Below are positions 28,055 to 39,545 of a stretch of 64,000 nucleotides of DNA, in pieces. Position 1 is the first letter of the stretch; the number at the start of each line of letters is the position of its first letter. Source of the stretch: the human T2T-CHM13v2.0 reference genome, Homo sapiens; assembly GCF_009914755.1 (NCBI RefSeq), contig NC_060937.1; one strand, written 5' to 3'. Made by a program: the position numbers and the translations under genes. The notes under the pieces are model-generated. The model was not told where the DNA came from, ran no database searches, and saw only the letters and a program-made list of their open reading frames with translations.

Positions 28055-28895
28055 TGAAAAGGCAAAGGCTCCCTCCTCCCCCTCGCGGGGCTCGCGATGG
28101 GGGCATAGCGGGCTTCTTCAGTGCCCCGCTGCTCAGACCTCCAGGGGAGCATACAGACGGGCAGGCTGTGGGACTCCTACCCCAGGGCAGGGTCTAGGGG
28201 TGAATGTTTACAGCTCCTGAAGCCCCAGTGGGCATGTTACAGGATACTCTCTTAGTCTGCCATCTATAGGCGGCTCGTGTTAACCAGCTCAATTAGGCCC
28301 TCTACGTTGTGGCAAGAACAGAGGGCTTTCTGTATCTGGGTTCTTGCCTTGTTGTACCTGAAGAATCGGATCACCCATAGGCTTGGAGAATGAGTGCAAA
28401 GTTTTATTGAGTGGAAGTAGCTCTCCGCCCATGGGGCAGCCAGAAGGGAGATGGTTTTCCCCTGGAGTTGGGGTGCTCGGCAGCCCCGGCTCTCCCCTGA
28501 CTGCCCAGGCCAACCTCCGCCTCCTCCCGCTGGTCCACGGCCTACTGGCTTCCGGGTGCCTGTCAGCGTGTCCTTCTGCTGGGGTGCTCCTATGGATGAC
28601 CAGCGCTTGTGTCTTCTTCCCCTGATGTGTTGTTCATTAGGACGTCCAGCCACTTGTGTATCTGCCTGCAAGGGTCTTGGGTTTTTATAGGCCCAGAATG
28701 GGGGCATGGAGAGCCAGGGTGGTCTTGGAAAATGCGAAGTTTGGGCGGGAAAGCAGGTGTGCCTGTCCTGACCTAGGTTCCTGACCGTTGGAGCCCTAGC
28801 CAGAGACCACGCCCTCCTCTCCCCAGCACTTCCCTTTCCCTTTTCTGTATCATTTAAAGGGACCACGCTCTTCCCTTCCCAGCACTCCCTTATGA
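28055..28895 (-). mobile_element. ERV1 5' LTR, LTR1 family
   Basis: Minus strand begins ...agtgctgggaagggaagagcgtggtccctttaaatgatac; TATAAAA-like box (ttttata ~28683) and AATAAA (ttttattg ~28402); CpG-rich; homologous to 10524-11344. Confidence 0.88.
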
Positions 28896-29234
28896 ATTTT
28901 ATAATTAAAATAAAGTCCACCATAACTCTTCAGGATGAAGCGTTAGAAAAATTCTTATTAATGTAAGAAACATTACCAGTATTACAACTGTCATTACTTC
29001 AGTCTAATATTAATTTAGATTATTCAAGATAATGGAATTAGACAAGCTAAGTAAATTAGTGGTGAAAATATGAAATCATTGAATGCAAATTAACGCTTTT
29101 TTGGGTAGATAAGATAATTTTGTATAAGGATACAATATAGCTGATTTCTAAACTTAACCAGCACAATATTGCATTAGACTTAGGTTTAGCCAGAGTTTTC
29201 TATACATTTGACTATAATTGGGAATTTTAAGCCA

Positions 29235-29402
29235 CTGTGCAGTTCTTCCTGATTATGTACTCATTACTTCATATCAGCAGTTTGGAATTGGTCATGGTGG
29301 GAGTATTTACATCACAGAAATTTTAAAATGTCACAAATCAAAGTCTACCTCCCACTCCCAACCCCAGAAAGCTGGCTGTCAAACTTTGCTAGCACCCCTC
29401 TG
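29235..29402 (+). mobile_element. MER63-like hAT DNA transposon end
   Basis: ggtcatggtgggagtatttacatcacagaaatt...acaaatca...ctagcacccctctg. Confidence 0.65.
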
Positions 29403-30727
29403 CATCAGACTTATGTTTAGCCAAGCATAGTGTTCTATATATCTTACTGTTATAATTTGTTTATGGATGAGATGTGAACTGAGAGCCTAAGATGAACATA
29501 TCAGAGAACTTCTTGCAATATTTCTTTATATTTTAGATTTTTGCCAAGGTTTTGGGGACATGTGGTCTCTTTTTGATTGAGTTTCAAAAGCAGGAACTTT
29601 GGAATCCTTGGCTTCTGGCCACTCATATAACTATGTCATAGAGAGGTCCTTGCCGAGAGATGGAAAATAGAGTCCTGGTAATACTAATTGTCTCCCTAGA
29701 TAGAGTTGTACCAGAAGTCAAACTAAACTCAGATTTGCACATACATAAGCTAATTGTTTGTTTGTTTGTTTGTTTTTCTTTTTCTTTGATTCTGTATGGG
29801 TAATCAGCATTGAATTTCTGGAACTTCAGAAAATAAATTTTTCCTGAATATCACATATGTATTAGTAACAAACTCTAAAATATTATTGCTCCAAGTCTTT
29901 AGAAATAGATAATGATGTAGATCTTTTCCTGATACATTTTAAGATGAAAAATGAAGACTGTTTTCACCTTTGCTTTATGGTGTGGAGATAAAAATAAGGA
30001 AATTCTTATTTATTTTATTTTTGGAAGAAAGATGGAGTATGGGATACCTCTGAGCTCAAAGGTTTACTATACATATCTGGAAATCTCCTAGATTTTTTCC
30101 ATTCCTCCTATTGTCTTTCCAAAGCCCAAACTTTTTTAGGAACTTAAAGTAGGTTATTTGAGGAGAAAAGTTGCTTTAAATTATTCCCTGTTGATCTCAG
30201 ATGCTTAACACAGATTCTTACTTTCTCCCAAGGAGTAGCTAATACCCTGGTATTAGGCAGGCTCTTTACACAGTAACATCATGATCGTTTTTAGCAAAAG
30301 GAAATGGTCTGTGATTATTGAGCTATTATTTCCCATGAGTCCTCAAAAAGATGGACCAGGGAAAGCAAATCAGTAGTTTTGTCAGTTTCTTATTATTAGT
30401 ATGATCATGTGATGTGTTGGAATGTACAGATTGTCTATGGGGAGAAGAGTGTCATTTCTCTTTGGAAAAATAACCTGCCTAACTTATCTTTATAGAACCT
30501 CAGGAAGTCTTCATTAACTTACAATTTTTAATCATTAATACAGGCTTAGATAAGTAGGTTGTATCAGCAAATAGGATTTCAACTTACCTAAGACCATAGT
30601 CACAAGATTCATGATTTTTGTTTGTGGGAAGAAGTCTTAAATATCTTTGAGAAAATTAAAGTAATAATGAGATATTTTGGAGGGTCATCTTAAAATTTTA
30701 GAAGAATATGGTAATAGTAATTTGTTC

Positions 30728-31864
30728 GGATTTCTGGTCTGTGATGTAAGAAGCTTGCAAATTGTCACTCTATCTCAAGTAAAAAGCTGAGGAAACTGAA
30801 AAATCAACTCTTCTTATTTTCAAAAGACAAGGGACACAAGTGGTTTGGAGGCAAACCACTGCCGCCCCCCCCAAATTGGAGAGACTGACAGATAAATACG
30901 GAGAAATAAAATTTACCTGAGCAGACACCCACCAGCTGAAACCTCTGTGGAAACCAGTGCAAGAGTAGAGAAACCTGAACTATAATTGATGAATTGCTAG
31001 AGGTCCAGTAAGAACAAGTTTGAAAGCTAAAAATTCCATAGTAAAACAGTCATGGGGGTTGAGTTCACATACTCATAAATTTTACCTCCAAGAATTCTAC
31101 CAGGTCCTCATAGTAAATATTCAAAAAAAATCACCTAATGCTTCCCATCAGGAAGAGGGAAAAATGAACCATTTTGAAATACTCCAGAGCATTCTGTTTT
31201 CTGTTAATAAAGCCTGCACAAGGAGGAACTATTTAACAAGAGCTTAACCTGCTGGAGTTTTCTCAGAGCCTAACTTACCTAGAGAAATGGGGAGACCCAA
31301 CTTCATCAAGCTCTAGTCTTCCATGTGGAGGAAGGGAAAGCCCACCTTCAACCCAATTGAACTCTCCTGTTCCAAGAAGGGAATAATAGGGGACCAAAGA
31401 AGCACATGTGAATTTCACGGTTGAGAGGCACAGGCTCACTGTAAAACTGAGACCTAATCAAAGACTATAGAACCCATTCCTTCCACCTACACCTTACCAC
31501 CACATTACTAAAGACCTACTAATAAACTTATTTTTACCCAGTACATCATTTCTGGCCATCAGGGAAAAAAATTACAAGGCATACTAAAAGACAAAAAAAT
31601 ACAGTTCGAAGAGATAGACCAAGCATCAGAACCAGACTCATATATGGCCGAGATGTTGGAATTATCAGACTGGCAATGTAAAATAGTTATGATTAATATG
31701 CTGAGGTTATTGTTATGGTTTCTTTCTAATTTGATCTTAAAGTCTCACTCTTGAAAGTGTTCATAAGGCAAAATATTCACTTTCCAGAGGAAAGTAAGGT
31801 TTGGATGTGTTGGTGAGGTGAGACACAATGAGGAAGTGAAACAGAAATGCTTACAACAGAAAAA

Positions 31865-31898
<34 letters not shown>

Positions 31899-33791
31899 TA
31901 TAACTTACAGATTCCTGAGAGGTTAGAAGTGCCATCCAAAGGGCAAAGGAATCCTGGAGGCGACAAGGAGTTCAACCAGCAGGTGGGAAGTGAGAAAGAA
32001 ATAGAACCTGTGAGTCTATGCCTTTATTTATAGGCATGTGGGTTTACGGACATCCCTCAGGCTTTGCCATGGGATTTGTAGATTGCTTAGTTTAAATAAA
32101 CACATGTCAAGGAACGGGCTTATTTACAAGACTCTGGTGTTAACCATTATGTTTGATTATGGTCAGCAGCTTTGAAGTGTGTTGAGTTTTGGATCTGTTA
32201 GATAAGAAACAAGTGGACTATATTATCTACAACCACTAAGTGATGGGAAGTTTTGACTAATCCAAAGGTGACAAACTATCACTGAGTTTCAGAAAAATTA
32301 ATGTCAGGCTTAAAAATGGGTGCTGAGGCAGCAAATATATCACACAAATTTATAAGAAAAGAGCTCTAGTGGATAAAGTAGACAGCTTGCAGAAACAGGA
32401 AAAAAAGTAAAGAGATGAACATTATAATAAAGAACAACAACAAAAAGGCTGGTGATCAAAAATGTTATAACAGAAATAGAGATGCCTTTGACAGGCTTGT
32501 AAGTAGATGGCACATGGACGAGGAATCTCTGAGCTTGAGGATACCTCAGTAGAAACATCCAAAAGTTTGAAAGTGAACAGGAAAAAAATGCAAGAAACAT
32601 ACAACAGAATAAAACAGACTACAATATCTAAGAACTGTGGGATAACCACATAAGGTATAACCTAACTCTAAAGGAAATAGCAGAAGAAGAAGAAAGTAAG
32701 TAATTAACAGAAGAAATACTTGAAACAATAATGACTGAGAATTTTTCCAAATTAATGTCAAATGCAAAACCACAGACCCAGGAAGCTCAGAGAACACAAA
32801 ACAGGATAAATGTCAATAAAAACACACCTACACATATCATTTTCAAAAAAAAAAAAAAAGATTTAAAAAAAAAATTCTGAAAAAAGCCAGAGGAAAGAAA
32901 CACCTTCCCTAAAGAGGAGCAAAAATAAGAATTCTATTCAACTTCTCTGAAAAACTTTGCATTAAGAAAAGAGTGGAAAGATATATTTAAGATATCAAGG
33001 GAAAAACCTCACCAACCTAGAATTCAACCCTGCAAAGTTATCCTTGCAAAGAGAAGGAAAAATAAAGATTTTCTCAGACAAACAAATATTGAGAAAATGC
33101 ATTGCCAGTAGATCTGCCTTAGAAGAAATCACTGAAACTGAAACCAGGAAATCAATAGAGAAAACAAACCCCAAAGCTGGATTTTTGAGCTCACTAAAGT
33201 TAGCCTCTGTCCAGGCTAACTATGAAAAAAAGAGAGAGGACATAAATTCCTCATGTCAGAAATAAAAGATAGATATCACTTCAAACCTCAGAGACATTAG
33301 AAGTGTAATAAAAGACTATTATGAACAACTTTAAGCCCACAAGTTTGATAACCTGGATTGACCAACTCCTGGAAAAGCACAACCTTCCAAAACTCACACA
33401 AAATAAATACATAACCCAAATAGACCTATATCTATTACAGAAATTAAATCAATAATTAATAGTGTTACACAATAGAAAGCACCAGGCCCAGACGCATTCA
33501 CTGATGGATTCTACCAAACAATCAGGGAAGAAATTATGCCAATTCTTTATAACCTCTTGCAGAAAATTGAGGCAGAGGGAATACTTGCTAACCCATTTTA
33601 TAGGACCACCATAACCCTAGAATCAAATCCAGACAAAGACACAAGAAAATAAAACTAAAGACCAATATCATCCATGAATATAGGTGCAAAAATTGTCAAT
33701 GAAATCTTAGCAAATTGAATCCAACAACGTATAAAAAGAATTCTAAACTGCAGTAGGCAAAGCTGGTTCAACATTAAAAAAATTAATTAAG
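30728..33791 (+). mobile_element. Old L1M element: 5'UTR, ORF1 and part of ORF2, interrupted by an LTR
   Basis: ORF1-like text (aaaccacagacccaggaagctcagagaacac; KIFSDKQILR) and ORF2 RT-region text (gaaagcaccaggcccagacgcattcactg, gaccaatatcatccatgaatatag). Confidence 0.85.
31711..32357 (-). mobile_element. ERVL LTR (MER76-like) nested in L1M
   Basis: L1 text ...gattaatatgctgagg resumes as gagctctagtggataaagtagac after it; homologous to 51467-52570; contains A-run + (TA)n at 31860-31901. Confidence 0.7.
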
Positions 33792-33905
33792 AACAACCCC
33801 CAAATGCTAAATTTAACTGACTTGAAAAACCTACTAATGATAACTGGTTGATATTTAGTTTGATTTAATCATCCTACACTGTATACATGTATCAAAACAT
33901 CACTC
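33792..33905 (+). mobile_element. Short L1MA 3'UTR insert, left half
   Basis: tttgatttaatcatcctacactgtatacatgtatcaaaacatcac; continues at 35853-35910. Confidence 0.65.
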
Positions 33906-34592
33906 TGGATGCAGAGAAAATGAAACATTTATACACTGTTGTTGGGATTGTAAATTAATATAAAATATATGGAAAACAGTATGGAGATTTCTTAAAGAAC
34001 TAAAAAGAGAGGTACCAGTCAATCCAGCAAGCCCACTACTGAATATCTACCCAATGGAAAGAGAATCATTATATAAAAGAGAAACGTCCATTGCAGTGTT
34101 TATCACAGCACTATTCACAATAGCAAAATCATGGAATCAACCTAACCATCCATCAGTGGTTGACTGGATAAAGAAACTGTGATATATGTACACTATAGAA
34201 TGTAATGCAGCCATAAAAATAATGAAATCCTGTCCTTTGCAGTAACATGGATGGAGATAGAGGCTATTATCCTACGTGAAATAACTCAGAAACCAAAAAT
34301 AAAACACTACATGTTCTCACTTAGAGTTGGGAGCTAAACAATGGGTACATATGGACATCATGACAGAAAGATGGAAATAATAGATACTGAGGACTACAAA
34401 AGAGGAGACCTTGGGAAAGGGGGTGAGGGTTGAAAAATTATCTATTATCTATTAATAGATATCTATAAATTATCTACTGGGTACAATGCTCACTATTTGG
34501 GTGATGGGTACACTAGAAGCCCAAACTTCATTACCCTAAGTATCTGTGTAACAAACATGATATATTCCCTAAATCTACAATAATAATTAAAT
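33906..34592 (+). mobile_element. L1PB-type 3' end
   Basis: ggatgcagagaaaa...ggagctaaacaatgggtaca...gggtgatgggtacactagaagcccaaac...cctaaatctacaataa. Confidence 0.85.
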
Positions 34593-35852
34593 TAATCAAG
34601 TAATTAACAGCTGGAATAGTCAAGCAACATCGATATTCTTGGAAAATAATGATGCTGATCTGAATCATTTTGAATTTTGTTAGCTGCATTTGGATGTAAT
34701 AGTAGATGTAAAATGTATTTACTCTAATCAAAATAAATTAATAATAAAGTCAGAACTTGAACATGAATAAACACACCAAATAAGATGATTCAAATAATGC
34801 CCATATATTAATGGGTAACTGCTGCTGATTTATGATTAGCATTTCAAAATAATATAAATATCTATATATATCTTCAAAGAGCAAAGAGAACATAAGTAAT
34901 ATAGGGATTTGTGTAACATATTTAAGGTTAGCATTTATTTGAAGAGATCACTGATTTTCACTGAGAGCTAGAACAGGAAATTATAAAAGATGCTTTTACG
35001 ATGTAGACAGGGAAAGGCACGGCAAGAATGGTTTCATAACATTTTATTCTAATCAAAGGACTATCCCATTGGCCTTTACTCTCCCTTCTGCAACTGATGA
35101 GGCCTCATATTATCCAGTTACCAGTCATCCATTCAAGAATGGCAACATTCCCTTTAAAATGGATACAAATAATTATTGACACATTTTTTTTCCTGGCTTC
35201 TTTAAAGGTTTCACTTGTTTTGACTTGCATAGAAAAATTTCTGCAAACCATCATGGGAGATATTTTAGTTATTTAAAAATGTTATAGTATATAAGAAATG
35301 AAAAGTTAAATTACTTTATTTTAGGTAAATCATTATGAACAATTATTGATTTCATTTAAATACAAACTTGAATAATTCTGACTTCTTTTCCTGTTTAATT
35401 AATAATGTGCTGTTTAATTTACTTTAAATTTATTATGTAATGAAATGTATGGCTTGTGAACAAATTTGCGAAATAGCAAATTGGTATAGACTTGGTTTGG
35501 AGACAACTTATAGAAGTTGCAAGCTACAATTAATAAGTCATGATATCAAAATAGATAAAAGTTATTTGTATTAACTAACGTTTGAGTATCATGCATTTTG
35601 GACAAAAATAATCAACCTGCAATAAATTTTATATTTAAATATAAAATAATGAGACAAGACAAAAAGTTTTAGGCTATGGTTTGTAAGGATTTCTCTGAAA
35701 TTAATATACATTTGTGCCTCATTTGACTCTGCTGTCAGCTTATCAAGAAGACTGTAAGGATATATATATATATACACACACATATATATATATTAAAATG
35801 GGTGATGTTTATTTCTAATAATGAAAAGCCAAATTGTAAAAAAACAAAAAAA

Positions 35853-35910
35853 CACTGTCCCCCATCAATTTATACAATTATGATTTGTCAATTAAAATAA
35901 TATAAATAAA
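35853..35910 (+). mobile_element. Short L1MA 3'UTR insert, right half with A-rich tail
   Basis: cactgtcccccatcaatttatacaattatgatttgtcaattaaaataa is an L1MA terminus. Confidence 0.65.
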
Positions 35911-35914
35911 TATT

Positions 35915-36138
35915 AACTAATTAAGTTATATCAATAAGCTAGAGAAAAATAGTCATATGATTGTATTATTAAATGTAGAAAAAGCATTTGACAACATCTA
36001 AGATCCATTCAGTATAAAAACTCTCAGTTACCTAGGAAGAGAGGGTCCACAATGTGATTAATGGTATTTACCAAAACCCACGACAAACATCACACTTAAT
36101 GATGAGAAAAGCGAAGTTTTCCCACTGACATCAGGAAC
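35915..36138 (+). mobile_element. Continuation of the old L1M ORF2
   Basis: aaatgtagaaaaagcatttgacaacatc...ttcccactgacatcaggaac (DAEKAFD / FPLRSG region) follows on from 33780. Confidence 0.8.
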
Positions 36139-36160
36139 TTATATGTGAGATCAGTCAGTA

Positions 36161-36231
36161 CAGTTGGCCCTTCATATCCTCAGGTTCCATATCTGTGGCT
36201 TCAACAAACCATGGATCAAAAATACAGTATT
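36161..36231 (+). mobile_element. MER2-type (Tigger) terminal fragment
   Basis: ta|cagttggcccttcatatcctcaggttccatatctgtggcttcaacaaacc. Confidence 0.7.
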
Positions 36232-36330
36232 GGCTGAGTGGGGTGGCTCACGCTTGTAATCCTAGCACTTTGGGAGGCTGAGGCAACATAGAAAGACCCT
36301 GTCTCTACAAAAATGATCAACAATAATAAA
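36232..36330 (+). mobile_element. Alu left monomer (FLAM/AluJ) with internal deletion
   Basis: ggctgagtggggtggctcacgcttgtaatcc...gaggctgaggcaacatagaaagaccctgtctctacaaaa. Confidence 0.8.
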
Positions 36331-36804
36331 TAGTTTATTTGTCAATTAAGCATAAATAAAACTGGGGAGGTGGAGATAGATAATCTAAACTGTTATCTCA
36401 GTATTCTGTGAGACAAGCACAACACAATCATACCTCCAGTTTACTGAGGAGACAATGAAGCTTCAAGCAGTTTGTCTGGGTTGCTCCAATGTTATGTACT
36501 AGCTAACCGTTCTTCTTACTTCCAAACGATTGGCCAGGGAAATCTACCAAAATATCTGGAAGAAATATAGATTTTATAACGAGGTTTCCAGATTGCTGGG
36601 AGTCAGAACTTGTAGGGCCAAGACAGACAAGGTACCTGTGCACAAAGAATGCGAGAAATTTGTCTGTGATATCTAGCATACATGGTGAGTTTTTTCTACC
36701 TGAATTTAGAAGATACCAAAGTCATCCTTAGGACTGGTAAATGGTGAAAGTGACAAGGAACAAAATAAATAAGAAACTAGATTATTAATTCGCATAGGGT
36801 GGTT

Positions 36805-37822
36805 CACAAACTCCTGAGAGTCTTTTTAATGTCCTGTGTAACAAAGTGCAAGGACTTCTCTTGCATATGAAAGTACATGGTTGACTCTAGGAAAAAACAG
36901 TTGTGTAATTGTTTCTGTTGTTGGCTGAACTAACTGCATTTATAAGTGGAGAAACATTTTTACTTGAAAGCATAATTGATAGCTAAACCATGCTTATTGT
37001 GACTTGGGTAATAAGTAGACATTTTTTTCCCCAAAATCAGTGAAGTCAGTTGTTGCAAAAAACAAACAAACAAAAACCCAGCAACAACAACAAAAAACCT
37101 CACATTTCTGGCAATAACGCAATGTGAGCTTTTAAGTATTAGAATAATGGAAATCTTATATTCTCTCTTTTGAGTTAACTAGTGTTTCAATGCATAAAGT
37201 CTTTCTGATGAGATTGGGGGTTTTAAAAACTGTGTATTTTTGGAATTAAATGCTGTAAAGATATTACAAAATCGTGCATAAGTAGAGTATCTATTCAAAG
37301 TGCAAGTAGAATATAACAGAGTTTGAGAAAAGTTGATTGATAGTGTCTCAGAGCCTTCAGTGCAACTAACGTTTATGAAACTACAACTTGTTTAGTATTC
37401 CCAGTTAGCTGAAAAGCCATTATGATACTCCTCATTTTCCAAATACATATCCATGTGAGGCTGTATTCTCTTTATCTACTTCAAACAAAACATCAAATAA
37501 CAACAAATTAAATACAGAAGCAGATATGAGAATATTGTATTTTATTATGCCAGTCATTAAGGAGATTTGCAAAGAATGTAAAACACTCATATCACTACAC
37601 CAATTCATTTTGGAAGATATAATTATTATTCTCAGAAAGTGTAATTTATGTTAACATGTCATGGGTAAACGTGTTATTTTAAATAAATTAATAATTGTTT
37701 TTTAAATTTCTCAAATTTAATTTCTAATACAGCACATATAGGTAGGCATAACTCATAAAAAAGATCTTTGGCATCTTCAATTATTTTTAAGACAGCAAAG
37801 GGAAAATTTTTGAGAACTACTG
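36805..37822 (+). mobile_element. Charlie1-type hAT DNA transposon remnant
   Basis: Transposase-derived text (aagtacatggttgactctaggaaaa, catttttacttgaaag, tgtgaggctgtattctct); terminus tttgagaactactg. Confidence 0.75.
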
Positions 37823-37830
37823 CTCTAGAT

Positions 37831-38063
37831 GGGATTGTAACTATTTTATTTTCCTGTAAAGTGGCAGATAGTACATATTTTAGGCTTCTCAGACCATAAA
37901 AACTGTTGCAACTTTGCAGTTCTACTGCTGTGCAAAAGCAGCCACAGACAATATGTAATTGCATAAGCATGGCTGAATTCCAATAAAACCCTTTCTGCAA
38001 ACTTTTTGTAAACAAGGGACTGCAGAATTGACGAACAGGCCATGCATGATTTGCCAATTCTTG
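37831..38063 (+). mobile_element. MER58A-like MITE
   Basis: ctgtaaagtggcagatagtacatattttaggc...gcagccacagacaatatgtaa...ccaataaaac; 8-bp TSD ctctagat/ctctggat. Confidence 0.8.
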
Positions 38064-39059
38064 CTCTGGATAATAGGACTTCATAATAAATATAGGGATA
38101 ATTAAAACTATTCTTTAAAAAAACTCAGAAAGTTATTATGCTCTATAGAACAATAAGAAAGACTTACTGATAAAATTAGGTGGAAGAAATCCTGACAAAT
38201 GACAAAAGACAGAGGGAGGTATTTCCTTCTGATTTAGTTAGTTTTCAATAGATATGTGTGAAGAACTGTTTGAAATCTTGTCTTGTGTCTGACCCACAGA
38301 TTTTTGTGAGGCAGCATATGGAAAAGTGCCAGTTATAAAATGAAAATCAAATAATGACTGTCTCACTAGATAGGCCAAGGACAAAATAGGTATGAACAAA
38401 ACACTACACAACAAAACACCACACATTTAGAGAACATATTCTTCAAAAGAACTATGTGGAATCTACAATTGTTATGATGAAAACTGCAACAATTTATCAA
38501 GATATATAAAAGCATCTCAGTAAATGGGGGCTTTTATTTTTTGCCATTTTTTTTACAATTGTCACATTGTTTATGATGAACATGTTATTGATTTCATAAT
38601 AAAAAATATGGTCAATCTAGTAGCTAGTTTCACATCTAATAGTAAAACAGAAGACACTTTTTTATGTATAAAATATGACTTTTTTTACTATTATTAATAG
38701 AATATTGTGTAAGTTCTGTCCAAATAATACAGAAAACAGGAATAATCTAACAGTCAAAAAGGCGAGGCAACAATTTTTTTTCAGCACCATAAGAATGTGC
38801 AAGAAGAATCATTTTTTAAATAATATTTTGACTTTTTCACCCAGTAATTTCACCACTGGAAATTATCATTTTCAGAAAATAATCAGACAATTACATAAAC
38901 AAATCCATTTATTGCCCTTTGTTTTATCTGTTTATTGCTCTTAGTAATAAATTGCAACAAAATCTAATTTTTGATGATAGTTTAATGTTTAAATTATGGG
39001 TTTCTATTCACCATCTCATTGTTTCTTAAATATATTATTTCTTAAAAACATTTCGGTCC

Positions 39060-39545
39060 AGTTTTTGCTCCAGCATCCCACTTTTTATCAATGCCACTCA
39101 CGAATCCTCATCATCCATTGTTAAATCCTGTAACCTGTTCTTAGATCTCATTTTACTTATGACTTTTTAGCAGAACTGAGCTACCACTCTGAGTCTCTCC
39201 TCCTAGATACAGTTTGTTCCCTCAATACACAGAGCACCACTCTCTTGGTTCAACTACTGACTCACTTTCAGTTTCCTTTGCCGACTCCTCTTCATAATAA
39301 AACCACAGAGCTTGATCCTTGGACCTCTTCTCTTTTTTTATATTCTCTGCCTTGGTGGTCTCATTTGGTTTCATGGCTTTAAATATTATCTTTCTGTCAA
39401 TTACTGCCAAATTCTAGCTCCATATAGTGACCTCTCTTTCGAAACTCTGACTTACATATTCAAACCGGTTTTATTGGTGTCTTTACTTGGACGCCAAATA
39501 GATATATAAAATTCAGTTATCCAAACCTGAACTATAGATCTTCCT
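39060..39545 (+). mobile_element. L2 ORF2 fragment
   Basis: Pyrimidine-rich L2 text (caccactctcttggtt, tccttggacctcttctctttt, tcatggctttaaatatta). Confidence 0.7.

Noticed and set aside
28264-28923. Longest ORF (219 aa, minus)
   Set aside because: Lies almost entirely in a GC-rich LTR where stops are rare; no recognisable protein motif
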